Shown here one piece after another: positions 28,081 through 38,207 of a DNA stretch of 64,000 bases. The stretch is from Scrofimicrobium sp. Lineage in GTDB: Bacteria > Actinomycetota > Actinomycetes > Actinomycetales > Actinomycetaceae. A model generated the notes under the pieces. It was not told the DNA's origin and did not search any database. It saw only the letters and a program-made list of their open reading frames with translations. Within the stretch, counting starts at the first letter, position 1, and each line of letters opens with the position of its first letter. The stretch is taken from NCBI GenBank assembly GCA_049291975.1, contig JBATQJ010000152.1:601-64600 (forward strand). Direction: 5' to 3'. The translations under genes were made by a program, and so were the position numbers.

Positions 28081-29699
28081 CACTGTCCCTCCCAGACCAT
28101 CAGAGGAAACTCCGTTACCGCGCTCAAGGCCTCCCGGGGGAGCGTCACCACGAACGAGGCGCCCTTTCCGAGCTCCCCCCACACGTTGATCACGCCGTTA
28201 TGGAGCTCAACATCTTCCTTCGTTATCGCCAGCCCCAGCCCGGTACCACCGGTCGTACGTGCCCGCGCCGGATCCGCGCGGAAGAACCGGTCGAACACTC
28301 GCTTGGCGGTCTCGGGCGACATCCCCACCCCGTAGTCACGCACTCGGAGAGCAACTGAAGTCTCACCGGCCGCCACAGTCACCTCAACGGGGTTCCCTTC
28401 GGCGTGTTCGTATGCGTTCACCAAGAGGTTCCGCACCACCCTCTCCATCCGCTTAGGATCGAGCGGTACGGAGCAGCGTTCCGGCCTGGCTGAAAGCTCC
28501 ACTTCCACGCCCAAACGCCCAGCTAACCCAGCGTTAGCATTGATGACTTTTTGTACGAGGGAGTACACGTCCGTGGACTCACCCTCCAACTTCGCACTGT
28601 TCGCGTCATACCTGGAGATTTCGAGTAGATCGGCCAGCATCTCCTCGAAACGCTGAGCCTCAGAATGAAGCAGTTCCGCAGAGCGATGCCCTGCCGGACT
28701 CAGTTCCTCCCGCTCCTCGTAAATCATGTCCTCAGCCATGCGAATCGTCGTCATTGGGGTACGAAGTTCGTGTGAGACATCCGAGACGAACCGCTGTTGG
28801 AACTGTGACAGTTCGTCGTAGTCATGAATCTGTTTCGACAGGGAATCGGCCATGTCGTTGAAGGCGCGGCCAAGCATCGCCATTTCGTCGCGCCCCTTCT
28901 CATCGACGCGGCTGTCCAGGTCACCATCAGCAAAACGCTCGGCAGCCACCGCCGCTTCGCGTACGGGTCGAAGCATCCGATAGACCAGGTAGAAGGTCAG
29001 AAGACTCATGACGACCAGAATTGGGACGGTGCCCCAAATCAGCACATTGATTACCAGGTCAACAGTTTTCTGTTCATTCGCGAGCGAGTAGAGAATATAG
29101 ACCTCGGATTCCCCAGCCAGCGGCAGATCAATCAGCGTGCCAGCAAGAATTGCCGGCTGCGTGCTCTCCTCAGCCTCGAGTGGAACCGACTGCCAGGACC
29201 CCTCGTCACGAGTCAGAACGTCCCGCAAACCCGATTCCGCAGCCAACTCCTCTACCACACTGGAACCCAGGGCGTTTATTCGGACTGCAGAGGCGTCCTC
29301 CTGCGTCGGAGTGAGGTACACGCCGACCGCTCCGGCACCCCGGGCTGATTCAAGCATTGAGTTAAGAATCTGGGCTGTCGATTCCTGCACCTGATCCGGC
29401 GTGGCGGCAACCGATTGGTCCAGGCTTCCCTGCGCGGCAGAGAAGCGGAACGAAGCATCTTCCAGGATTGCGTCGCGCCGCTGCTCGAAGAGGCCGGTAC
29501 GAAGCTGAGTTGCAACCCAGAACGTAAAAAGGGCAAGGACAATCGTTAGGAAAGCCGCGAGCGTCGCCGCGATGCGCGTCGAAAGCGATCCGGCAAGCCA
29601 GCTGGGTGCCTCAAGTCGGGCAACTCTGCCGTCATTGACGGATTCGTGCTCGGGGATTTGATCCTCCGAGTGCCCGCTCCCAGGCAGGATTTGACTCAA
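28080..29699 (-). CDS. mtrB: Sensor histidine kinase MtrB
   Basis: Two TM segments, a HAMP domain, the H-box FVSDVSHELRTP, the N-box NAYEHA, and GTGLGLAI. The TTG start overlaps the mtrA TGA. Confidence 0.9.
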   Translation of the reverse strand: MSQILPGSGHSEDQIPEHESVNDGRVARLEAPSWLAGSLSTRIAATLAAFLTIVLALFTFWVATQLRTGLFEQRRDAILEDASFRFSAAQGSLDQSVAATPDQVQESTAQILNSMLESARGAGAVGVYLTPTQEDASAVRINALGSSVVEELAAESGLRDVLTRDEGSWQSVPLEAEESTQPAILAGTLIDLPLAGESEVYILYSLANEQKTVDLVINVLIWGTVPILVVMSLLTFYLVYRMLRPVREAAVAAERFADGDLDSRVDEKGRDEMAMLGRAFNDMADSLSKQIHDYDELSQFQQRFVSDVSHELRTPMTTIRMAEDMIYEEREELSPAGHRSAELLHSEAQRFEEMLADLLEISRYDANSAKLEGESTDVYSLVQKVINANAGLAGRLGVEVELSARPERCSVPLDPKRMERVVRNLLVNAYEHAEGNPVEVTVAAGETSVALRVRDYGVGMSPETAKRVFDRFFRADPARARTTGGTGLGLAITKEDVELHNGVINVWGELGKGASFVVTLPREALSAVTEFPLMVWEGQ

Positions 29700-30376
29700 G
29701 AGCCCGTGCCAGCACGATAGCCAACCCCGCGCACAGTGATGATCAGCGACGGGTTCTCCGGATCACGCTCGATCTTGGAACGTAGGCGTTGAACGTGAAC
29801 GTTCACCAGACGCGTATCAGCGGCGTGACGGTAGCCCCAAACCTGTTCTAGCAGTTCTTCGCGGCTGAAGACCCGCCATGGTGCCTTGGCCAGAGCAACT
29901 AGAAGATCGAATTCAAGCGGGGTGAGGGAGACCTGTTCTCCGCCCCTTGCCACCTCATGCCCCGAGACATCAATCTGTAGGTCGCCGAGCTGTAGCTGTT
30001 CTTCTTCCGTGTCCTGTTCGCCGCGAAGCCTGGCCCGCACTCTGGCAACAAGTTCCTTGGGCTTGAACGGCTTTGGAACGTAGTCGTCGGCGCCAGCTTC
30101 CAGGCCCTTGACCACGTCTTCGGTGTCAGAGCGAGCCGTAAGCATGACGATTGGCACATTCGACACGCGACGAATGGCGTCACATATCTGAAACCCGTTC
30201 TTTCCTGGCAACATTACGTCAAGTAAAACCAGGTTGGGTTCGTGTCGCTGAAACGCAGCGAACGCTTGGTCTCCGTCGTAGCAATCCACGACCTCATAAC
30301 CCTCAGCGCGCAGGACAATGCCGATCATCTCAGCCAGAGCGGCATCATCGTCGACTACCAGAATTTTCGAAGGCAT
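29696..30376 (-). CDS. mtrA: OmpR-family response regulator MtrA
   Basis: ILVVDDD...LDVMLPG receiver domain and a C-terminal winged helix (VNVHVQRLRSKIE...TVRGVGY). Confidence 0.95.
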   Translation of the reverse strand: MPSKILVVDDDAALAEMIGIVLRAEGYEVVDCYDGDQAFAAFQRHEPNLVLLDVMLPGKNGFQICDAIRRVSNVPIVMLTARSDTEDVVKGLEAGADDYVPKPFKPKELVARVRARLRGEQDTEEEQLQLGDLQIDVSGHEVARGGEQVSLTPLEFDLLVALAKAPWRVFSREELLEQVWGYRHAADTRLVNVHVQRLRSKIERDPENPSLIITVRGVGYRAGTGS

Positions 30377-30503
30377 AGACCGATGTTGCCACGATCGCGG
30401 TTACCTGTCACCTGTAACCTGCATTTCCCGACTACCAAAATGTCACTTCCGCGTCCGTGAGCCGTCTCTGGCGTGGGAGCGACATAGGACTGACAATGGT
30501 TTC

Positions 30504-31634
30504 ATGAGCAATCAGAATGGAAGCTGGGAGTGGCCCGCCAACTACCCGCCTCAAGGTCCTGGAAACCAAACTCCGCAAGGCCTGGGGAATTACCCGCCCT
30601 CAAACTACGGGCAATCGTACGAAGGGTGGAACCAGGGTCCCTATGCAACGGAGCCGAAACCACCCGTGGTACCGTTCCGACCCCTCAACATTGGTGACCT
30701 GTTCGAGGGAACTTTTGCTGCCATCCGCTCAAATCCCAAGGTGATGTTCACATTTTCACTTGTGACCATGGCCATCGTGGGGGTCATTGCCGGCATTGCT
30801 AACGCCTTCGTCTTTGAGAATCTTCCTGCGTGGGCCGACGGCTTCGATCCGACTGCCCTGGACCCGGGTGCCAGCCCGATGATGACACTACCGACCCTGT
30901 CGCTGCAGTTGATCGTTTCTGTCTTGCAGTCGGCGGCCGCGATGCTTATCACGGGCATGCTGGTCCTATCAGTCACGAATGCCGTTGTCGGTCTGAATAA
31001 CGACACGACGAGCACCTGGCAGCAACTTCGCCCTCGCTTCTGGAACCTAGTCGGTACGACCCTGCTGGTCGGGCTGATCATCGGTGCTATCGCCACAATC
31101 GGAGTGATCGGGATTGTGGTGGTGGTTGTTGCAATCTCCAGCGCAGTCGGAGACTCTGGCCTGTTCCTCGGGATACTGGTTCTGATCCTGGTCCCGGTAT
31201 TCATCGCCGCGATTATCTGGCTCTCGGTCCGCCTGTATTTCGCGACGATGTGCACCGTGGTTGAGGACGTGTCACCAACCCAGGCCCTCGGTCGATCCTG
31301 GCAACTGACAAAGGGGGCGTTCTGGCGGGTCCTTGGCCGGGTCGCACTCATGATTCTGGTTGTTGGGGCCGCGTCATCAATCCTCAGCGGAGCGGTAACC
31401 ACGGTTGTCCTCGGTCTGCTGAGTTTCCTTGACGCGCCGTGGCTGATAGGTCTGGTTTCGACGCTTCTCGGTGCTCTGGTCTCAGGTTTGGTTCAACCGG
31501 TAACCGCGGCCTTCAGTTCCCTCATGTACATCGATGAGAGGGTCAGGAAAGAGGATCTTGCCCCGCGTCTGCAAGCGGCCCTCGACGCGAATAGACAGGC
31601 TCCGACGCCGGAGGCACAGCGTCCCCCTCTATGA
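30504..31634 (+). CDS. Polytopic membrane protein with a Pro/Gly/Gln/Tyr-rich N-terminus
   Basis: MSNQNGSWEWPANYPPQGPGNQ... followed by about 6 hydrophobic helices. Start taken at ATG 30504 rather than the track start at 30318. Confidence 0.7.
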   Translation: MSNQNGSWEWPANYPPQGPGNQTPQGLGNYPPSNYGQSYEGWNQGPYATEPKPPVVPFRPLNIGDLFEGTFAAIRSNPKVMFTFSLVTMAIVGVIAGIANAFVFENLPAWADGFDPTALDPGASPMMTLPTLSLQLIVSVLQSAAAMLITGMLVLSVTNAVVGLNNDTTSTWQQLRPRFWNLVGTTLLVGLIIGAIATIGVIGIVVVVVAISSAVGDSGLFLGILVLILVPVFIAAIIWLSVRLYFATMCTVVEDVSPTQALGRSWQLTKGAFWRVLGRVALMILVVGAASSILSGAVTTVVLGLLSFLDAPWLIGLVSTLLGALVSGLVQPVTAAFSSLMYIDERVRKEDLAPRLQAALDANRQAPTPEAQRPPL

Positions 31635-32010
31635 CCGTGAAGTGATCCCTCTGCCGCAGAGGCGCGTATTTGTCCTCCGGAGAGCGTGAGGAGGCGCGCG
31701 TGAACGAGGGAGCATCTTCCAGGCCGCGACCGTTTCCCGCCGAGTTGTTTCCCGCAACCTCACGAACGACTTCGACCAGGGCGAGAAGGTCGTCGGCAGA
31801 TGGAGGAGCCGGTTCAAACTTCGACTGAAGCCTGATGACCTCCCAGCCGCGCGGAACCGTCAGTCCCTCCGCATGCGCCTCGCAGAAGTCGAAAGAGTGT
31901 GGTTCGGGCGAGGTTGCGATGGGTCCCAGGACGACGGTCGAGTTGGCGTAGTCATAGGTCAGGGTTGCAACCGCATGACCGTGACATCCTGGCTTCGAGC
32001 ACTGTCGCAC
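31543..32010 (-). CDS. DUF3499-family protein
   Basis: RQCSKPGCHGHAVATLTYDY...LGP...FDFCEAHAE...PRGWEV is the family signature as I remember it. GTG start. Confidence 0.8.
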   Translation of the reverse strand: MRQCSKPGCHGHAVATLTYDYANSTVVLGPIATSPEPHSFDFCEAHAEGLTVPRGWEVIRLQSKFEPAPPSADDLLALVEVVREVAGNNSAGNGRGLEDAPSFTRASSRSPEDKYAPLRQRDHFTVIEGDAVPPASEPVYSRRGPLADAGQDPLS

Positions 32011-32267
32011 TGCGCACCGCCTCTTTCCTCTGTTCGCCTCAGAACCCCGTTAATGCTACCCGGCCCCCTGCTGATTCTTCCGAGGCGCTGCCGAGCGGCG
32101 CGGCGCCTCTCCACGCGGGGGTGAGGCCAATTACGCGGGCGCGTTCGCTGCTGTGACTTCTCTCCACGCAAGGGTGACCGGCGCGAAACCCACGGACCTG
32201 GCGAGATTCCGGCACGCATAGCAAACGCTCGCGTCCGCCCGGGTCACCTTCACGGTACCGTTTACGT

Positions 32268-32762
32268 ATGAGCACAACAGGGCGACGCACCAGGTACCGC
32301 GCCTCGGACCGATTACGGATCGCCGCGCTCAAGGATGACGACTCGCGCCTTGGTACCGATCCTCCAGAAACTCGATACCGTGATCGACGGGGTCGTGGAC
32401 TGCGAGGTCCGCTCTACCATCCCGCTCTTCCCGGCTGGTTGACCAGACGTGAACAGTTCATTGAGCTGGTCCAGCAAATCATGAGCGAGTTTGGGGAGAG
32501 GGTGCCCGAGGTGGAAACCATCGAGTTCGGGGTCGAGGAGGTCCCACCCTCCGATCCGGCGGACTGGGAAGGGCACGAGACCACGCTGTCACGCTCTTTT
32601 CCTCGTGATCGCCGCCGCGGACTTCGGCCACGCGTCGTTTTGTACCGACTACCAATTGTTCGTTGCAATCCAACGAGCCAGGTCGTCCCTGCGGTGTATT
32701 CCCTGCTTGCGGCGCGCACCGCCGAACTGCTGGGGACTTCACCGGATGACCTGCTCGGCTGA
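32268..32762 (+). CDS. Zincin-like metallopeptidase family protein (DUF1025 / Rv3259-like)
   Basis: RGRGLRGPL..P..P...R.EQF..LV...IEFGVEEVPP is the characteristic pattern, and the position next to DUF3499 is conserved. Confidence 0.75.
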   Translation: MSTTGRRTRYRASDRLRIAALKDDDSRLGTDPPETRYRDRRGRGLRGPLYHPALPGWLTRREQFIELVQQIMSEFGERVPEVETIEFGVEEVPPSDPADWEGHETTLSRSFPRDRRRGLRPRVVLYRLPIVRCNPTSQVVPAVYSLLAARTAELLGTSPDDLLG

Positions 32763-32835
32763 TTGGGCGGCTAATCCGCGCGATGTAGAGACGCCCACCA
32801 CTCGGTGAATCGACTACGCCGGACCGAAACGTGGG

Positions 32836-34272
32836 TCATCCGCGGGCGGGAAGAACGTCCACCTGCCGGTTCACTGTACCCGCGACGTCCTGACCGAGGT
32901 CCATCACCGAGGCGATTTTCCCGGCTGGTGCATCCACCGTCACCCGTAGCGCGGCGTATATCGGCCAGTTCGAGGTTAGCGCCACAGACGCTTCAGATCC
33001 GATCTTCGAAAGGTCAACGGTCTGCGTGGACTCGGCTGGCACTTCAATCTCGATGTCGCCCAGGGTCGCCGTCGCAACCTGGTCTCCGAGGTTCGCGATC
33101 ACCAGTTCGCCGCTGACGGCTCCAAGTCCAAGCTCACCGCTCAACGCTCCCAGCACCGTCAACGTTGGCACCACCGCACTGTCCAGTGAGTCGGCGGGCG
33201 AAAGCAGGTTACGAACCCCGACGTTGAGGTCAGGTGAGGCTGCGAAGGCGTTGCCTTCGCCCAGTTCCAAGACGGACGAGGTGATTGGAACACTCGAACT
33301 GACCCTCAGAGCTTTAGTTCCCGCGGGCAATCCGGCAAGGTCAACGTCGAAGACTCCCATTGCTTCAACCTCAAGGTCTTCCGTTCCGCCGAGCGTGACC
33401 GGCTCATCTTCCCCGTACGCCGTGACCTCGATGGTTCCCGGTTCCGTTCCCGCGTTTGCGACGCGGAGCGTCTTCGCGTTCTGGGAGTCCAGACCAACCA
33501 GCACCGACTCGGTGGCCGGCACGGTCCCCGGGACGCGTGAGAGTCCGAGAGGAAGCTCTCCATCGAGCCGGGATGCTTGAAGCCACGAAGCCACGCCCAT
33601 GCCGTCGGCGTGAACGCGGACCGCGATCCGACTCTCGCCGGATGCCCAGACAGCGGGAAGAACAGACACCGTTGATCCGGCGGCTACTGTAGTGGTCGCG
33701 GGTTGATCCATGGCGGGACCAATCGCCGTCATTACCTGAACCTGAACCTCGACAGATTTGATCCCCGGGTTACTCAGGATCAGGACGGTGTCGTCTCCGA
33801 TCTCAGTTGCGCCTGCGCTCAAGACCACGTCTCTGCTGGGGATGGCGCATGACTCTAGCAGGAACGAGGCCAGGTCACCCTGAGGCTCCCCTGAAACGAC
33901 AGCTGCGGCATAGGAATCGCTCTGAAGAGCCTCAGCGGGCACCTTTAGCGCGGAGCCACCGCCCTGGAGCGGTTCAGCGGTGATTCCCGCGGTCTCCCAA
34001 AGTTGCGGTTCAGTTTCGCGAGTTTCGACCGTGATTGGGTCAATCAATCCCGGGGGGCAAGCCAGAACAAGCTCTCCCTGCTCAAGGGCGACGTCCACTG
34101 GCCGTCCAACGGTTTCTGTTCCACTGACGGTAGCTACCGGTGACTTCTGCTTCAGCAGAGTGATGCCGCCCATTCCACCGATCAGCAGGAGGAACACGAG
34201 CACACCGACCACTATTCGAATCGGATAGCCAACAATGGGCCCACTGGGGCGGCGCAATTCCATGTCACTCAT
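32836..34272 (-). CDS. DUF5719-like secreted/anchored protein
   Basis: A single N-terminal TM helix (IVVGVLVFLLLIGG), then a long Thr/Val/Gly-rich beta-type region. It always follows the giant GT2 membrane protein in my recollection. The start ATG 34272 overlaps the upstream stop. Confidence 0.7.
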   Translation of the reverse strand: MSDMELRRPSGPIVGYPIRIVVGVLVFLLLIGGMGGITLLKQKSPVATVSGTETVGRPVDVALEQGELVLACPPGLIDPITVETRETEPQLWETAGITAEPLQGGGSALKVPAEALQSDSYAAAVVSGEPQGDLASFLLESCAIPSRDVVLSAGATEIGDDTVLILSNPGIKSVEVQVQVMTAIGPAMDQPATTTVAAGSTVSVLPAVWASGESRIAVRVHADGMGVASWLQASRLDGELPLGLSRVPGTVPATESVLVGLDSQNAKTLRVANAGTEPGTIEVTAYGEDEPVTLGGTEDLEVEAMGVFDVDLAGLPAGTKALRVSSSVPITSSVLELGEGNAFAASPDLNVGVRNLLSPADSLDSAVVPTLTVLGALSGELGLGAVSGELVIANLGDQVATATLGDIEIEVPAESTQTVDLSKIGSEASVALTSNWPIYAALRVTVDAPAGKIASVMDLGQDVAGTVNRQVDVLPARG

Positions 34273-37200
34273 CACTGCCCGCCTCTTCAGGCTCTTCCAC
34301 GGGTTCCAGTTCAAGATCTGCGATTGGTTCAACTGATGCCATCGGGATGCGTTGCGCGGACCTGGCACGAAGAGGGATTGAACTAACGATCAGCACCAGG
34401 GTCATTAGTGCCACCGCACCGATCCACCAGGGCTGGTATCCGACCGCATATTCAATGCTAAGCTGACCGCTTCCTGCGGGAATCACGAAGGCCTGCCGCC
34501 AGTCTCCGCTGTCAGCTGGTTTCAGCTCGGCCCCATTGAAGGTCGCTTTCCAGGCAGGATCGCGGGTCTCAGCCATGACCAGCGTACCGCTCTGATTCAA
34601 ATCGAGGTTGGTGTTGACTCGGACCGGATCTGAGGCCACCTCAATGCCGGTGCCATCAGCAAACTGGACCTCAACCCTGGTCGGCACCGACTGAGCGGGG
34701 CGAACTCGCCACATGGTTCCCGCTTCGACGGTTCCAATGCGCTCCATGCCCTCAGTGGCGTCAATGGTGTTAGTTATGTCGGCGACGTGGTCACTGTCCG
34801 ACCGAAGCAGGACAATATCGACGGCGTGTTTCTTGAGATCGACCGCCGAGTCCCCACGAATCCCGGTGATCAGCGCAGCGCCGGCCTCAGCAAGAGACTC
34901 CTCGGAGGTCTGCACCGCCAGGCTGTTCTCGCTTTCAGCAACTCCCGTCCAACCGTATATGTCAGCGATCTGTGGCCCTGATCCCCGTAGCAGCATGAGG
35001 CGCAGCAACGGGCCGTCGGTCGAAACTTCCAGGACTCGTCCTCGCCGCGCTCCCTCTTGCGCTTCCTTAGCGATCAGCGGGAACGCCTCGTCGCGACTGG
35101 GAACAATGGCAAACGATACAAGTTTGGAGTCACTGCTTTGAGCCCCAACCTGCGCTGGTCCAATAGCTCCAAGTAGTAGCACCGCAACGATGGCAGAAGC
35201 GGCACCAATCGACGGAACGGCACCGAGTAGACCGCGTGCCAACGCCCCTCGGTCCGCTGCCCTCTCCCTCCTGAGTCCGGGGGCCGACACCACCAGCGGC
35301 GACAGGCTTGTCGTCGCCGTGCAAAGCAGCAACAGGATTCCTGCGCCCATCAGGACCGGCGCGATTCGTTCTCCATCGCTGGCCGTGGCAACTGCAATCG
35401 CACCGAGCCAGAAGACGACGGTTCCCGCGAACGCAAATGCCGGAGTCCATCGGATCCCCTGCTGGTGCAGTAGCGCATAACCGAGCGAGACGACTGCCCA
35501 GACCAACAGGGTCAAGCCGGAGGTGACCGCCAGAATCATCCACACGTTCGACCACCCGGAGGTGAGTTCCGCCGCGAGCGCCATGGGATTCAACTCGTAG
35601 CCGGCCAGGAACTGCCACCAGGTCGAGGCCTCTGTACCCGCAGGAGTTGCTCCAACCATCCAAACCACAAACTCTGTGGCCTCAAACGAGGAAATATAGG
35701 CCGCGAGCGACGGAAGGACCAGGACGAACGATGGTACAACGGTGACCAGGATGCCCCAGAACTTGGTGCTTCTCTTCGGTTTGGCTTGCTCGACGACCAG
35801 AGCCACTTCCGGCGACAGCGGTACCCGAGCCAGCGTGGACATCGAGGTGCCAAGCGTTGCGACCAGGATCCCGACAACTAGAACCACCAGGATCATCACC
35901 GGCGAGACCGCGCCAATAAATAGTGTTGCGAAACCGGCAACCCCAAGCCAGGCAAACCTGTCGGCTCGGGAAACCAGGACCACCTCGGACACCGACCTAA
36001 CCCGCCTGGGCGCAGACGGACCCAGGCCTCGTAGCAGCCCCGCCCCGGCAACCGGGAGCAGCAGGAGGGCAAGCGTCGTCGGAAGGTCCCCTCGTACCAA
36101 TGAAGTCATTAGCGGGGGCGAGGCCGCCCAGAGAAGCGCGCCCGCTAGCCGGATCGGGATTGAGTGGGTCAACGTCGAAGAGAAAAGCCAGCCAGAGCAC
36201 GCCGCCAACGGCAATGCGAACAGCGGAAGGAGTGTCGCGATGGTGATTGGCTTGATCCCAATCAACGCGAAGGGTGCACTGAGAAGTGCAAACGGCACCA
36301 GAACCGGACTGGCGGGCCCAGCGGCTCCATCGCCTGAGATCTGCCACCCACTGACTGCTTGGTCCAAGAGCATGCGCCAAGAAGTGGGGAGGTCTCCCCA
36401 GAGTCCGCCCTCAATGCCGTTCAAGTAGGAGCGCCAGATGAAGATTGAGGCAATCATTGCCAGAAGCAGGGTGATGCCCAACGTTACGCCTGCCTTGAGT
36501 CGGTGTTGATCCAGCGCATTTAGTGCGCTTTGGTCCAGCACCGTCGCACTGAGGCGTTCCTGGCTCGAGACCCGCTTCTTCATCCTTCGAGCTCGGGTGA
36601 TGTCGGCGGGGCTGGCCTCCAACTCTGCAACTGCGCTTCGAGGGACCTTCGCAACCTCAGCGATGTTGCGGCGTCCGCGCATGATCGAACCGGACATCCC
36701 AACCAGTCGGAAGTAGGCGCTTACCTCGGCTAACGCCAACTTCGGTTGCCTGGTTAGTAATCGCCCGACCGAGCGCAAAACGGTGAGAATCGGAAGCCAT
36801 AACGCAAGGAAGGGGAAGGCGACGGGCGAAACGGACAGGCACCAGTTGTAGATTTGAGCGGTGCGGCGATCCTCGAACGACTCGTTGCCGCCGTGCTCGC
36901 GCGTCCGGGCTGACTGCTCGTGCAAGACCCGAGCATCGGGGGCGACCACGACGCGGTGTCCGGCTCGACGGACACGCCGCCCGTACTCAAGACCATCGCC
37001 GAAGGGACCGAGGGCTGGGTCAAGTCCCCCGACCTCGTCCCACACCTGTTTACGGACCAGCATTCCGGCCGTTCCCACGGCGAGCACATCCTGGCGAGAG
37101 TCATACTGACCCTGGTCAATCTCGTCGACCTCAATGTCCTCGACGCGTCGACTGCTACCCGTTGCTCGAACCCCCAGTTCGAGCAGTCGAGTCGGATCCT

Positions 37201-37654
37201 CATAGTCCAGTTGCTTGGGGCCGAGGGTCGCGATGCTGCCGGAGGGACGTCCGGTTCTCAGTAGCCACGCCAGTGCTTCCGGCTCAGCGATCATGTCGTC
37301 GTGCAGTAGCCAGATCCACCGAGCCCTGGACACGCCGGGGATCGTCTTAACATCCGGATGTTCAAGGGCAGCGTCGACTGCCTGTCCCAGGTTGGTCGCT
37401 GTCGGCGCATGGACCTGCTCGATCAGCGTGTCAGCGTGGGGGAAACTGAGCTTGGCGGGCGGTGCATGGCTGACGTGCACCAGCAACACGACTCCAGGAA
37501 CGGCGGTCTGCGCAAGGACAGAATCTAGTGCCTTCAGGCCCTTCTCGGTTGGAACCCGGGGATTTTCGGTGTCGCCGCGAACAACGACAACCGCGACCAC
37601 ATCAGATGCGTCGACGTCTTGAGCAGAGCTTTGCTTGGACGATTGTTCGGGCAC
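34265..37654 (-). CDS. Giant GT2 glycosyltransferase fused to a multi-pass membrane domain (1129 aa)
   Basis: N-terminal GT-A region (VVAVVVVRGD...WIWLLHDDMIAEPEAL...), then more than 10 hydrophobic helices and a C-terminal extracytoplasmic region. GTG start 22 nt after the whiB2 stop. Confidence 0.85.
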   Translation of the reverse strand: MPEQSSKQSSAQDVDASDVVAVVVVRGDTENPRVPTEKGLKALDSVLAQTAVPGVVLLVHVSHAPPAKLSFPHADTLIEQVHAPTATNLGQAVDAALEHPDVKTIPGVSRARWIWLLHDDMIAEPEALAWLLRTGRPSGSIATLGPKQLDYEDPTRLLELGVRATGSSRRVEDIEVDEIDQGQYDSRQDVLAVGTAGMLVRKQVWDEVGGLDPALGPFGDGLEYGRRVRRAGHRVVVAPDARVLHEQSARTREHGGNESFEDRRTAQIYNWCLSVSPVAFPFLALWLPILTVLRSVGRLLTRQPKLALAEVSAYFRLVGMSGSIMRGRRNIAEVAKVPRSAVAELEASPADITRARRMKKRVSSQERLSATVLDQSALNALDQHRLKAGVTLGITLLLAMIASIFIWRSYLNGIEGGLWGDLPTSWRMLLDQAVSGWQISGDGAAGPASPVLVPFALLSAPFALIGIKPITIATLLPLFALPLAACSGWLFSSTLTHSIPIRLAGALLWAASPPLMTSLVRGDLPTTLALLLLPVAGAGLLRGLGPSAPRRVRSVSEVVLVSRADRFAWLGVAGFATLFIGAVSPVMILVVLVVGILVATLGTSMSTLARVPLSPEVALVVEQAKPKRSTKFWGILVTVVPSFVLVLPSLAAYISSFEATEFVVWMVGATPAGTEASTWWQFLAGYELNPMALAAELTSGWSNVWMILAVTSGLTLLVWAVVSLGYALLHQQGIRWTPAFAFAGTVVFWLGAIAVATASDGERIAPVLMGAGILLLLCTATTSLSPLVVSAPGLRRERAADRGALARGLLGAVPSIGAASAIVAVLLLGAIGPAQVGAQSSDSKLVSFAIVPSRDEAFPLIAKEAQEGARRGRVLEVSTDGPLLRLMLLRGSGPQIADIYGWTGVAESENSLAVQTSEESLAEAGAALITGIRGDSAVDLKKHAVDIVLLRSDSDHVADITNTIDATEGMERIGTVEAGTMWRVRPAQSVPTRVEVQFADGTGIEVASDPVRVNTNLDLNQSGTLVMAETRDPAWKATFNGAELKPADSGDWRQAFVIPAGSGQLSIEYAVGYQPWWIGAVALMTLVLIVSSIPLRARSAQRIPMASVEPIADLELEPVEEPEEAGSDE

Positions 37655-37675
37655 AGGACCTCGGTTAGAGAAAAC

Positions 37676-37975
37676 CTAGGAGGCGGAACGACGTAGTCTC
37701 CGCCGCTCCCTTTCGGAAAGGCCGCCCCAGATCCCGAAACGTTCATCGTTTGCTAGGGCGTAATCAAGACATGCCGCGCGAACTTCGCACTCCGCACAAA
37801 CGCTCTTCGCCTCTCTGGTTGACCCGCCCTTCTCAGGAAAGAAGGCTTCCGGGTCAGTTTGCGCACAGAGGGCCTGGTGTTGCCAAGCTAGCGGACCATC
37901 AAAGATCTCCAGTGCTGGACTCAATCCGGAGTCCGGGGTGAACGTGATCTCACCCTCTCCGAATATGTTCCACAT
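37676..37975 (-). CDS. whiB2: WhiB-family Fe-S transcription factor, WhiB2/WhmD type
   Basis: CAQTDPEAFFPEKGGSTREAKSVCAECEVRAACLDYAL..DERFGIWGGLSERERRRL. ATG at 37975 with GGAG upstream is preferred over TTG at 38005. Confidence 0.9.
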   Translation of the reverse strand: MWNIFGEGEITFTPDSGLSPALEIFDGPLAWQHQALCAQTDPEAFFPEKGGSTREAKSVCAECEVRAACLDYALANDERFGIWGGLSERERRRLRRSAS

Positions 37976-38207
37976 ACTGGCTCCAATACTGATGGGAAGT
38001 AGCAACCTGCGCCTCGCTACGTCGCCCGGCGTCCGTTCGACACCTAATTACACCCGTGTGATTCGACCTCTGTCAAGCCGATTTCGAAGACATCGAAGAA
38101 AATCAGCGTGTCGCACCCGCGTGGCGCGAGTCGTTCCAGCCGTCCCGCAAATAGAATTGCCGGTCGCTCATGAGGCTTTCCACACTCAGCAACGCTAGTC
38201 TGAATGG

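Noticed and set aside
30641-31402. Long antisense ORFs inside real genes (for example 30641..31402, 33026..33580, 35742..36428, 16646..17086, 12869..13357)
   Set aside because: Their composition is typical of the reverse frame of GC-rich genes (Arg/Ser/Pro/Thr-rich). They have no motifs, and the opposite strand carries clearly recognisable proteins.
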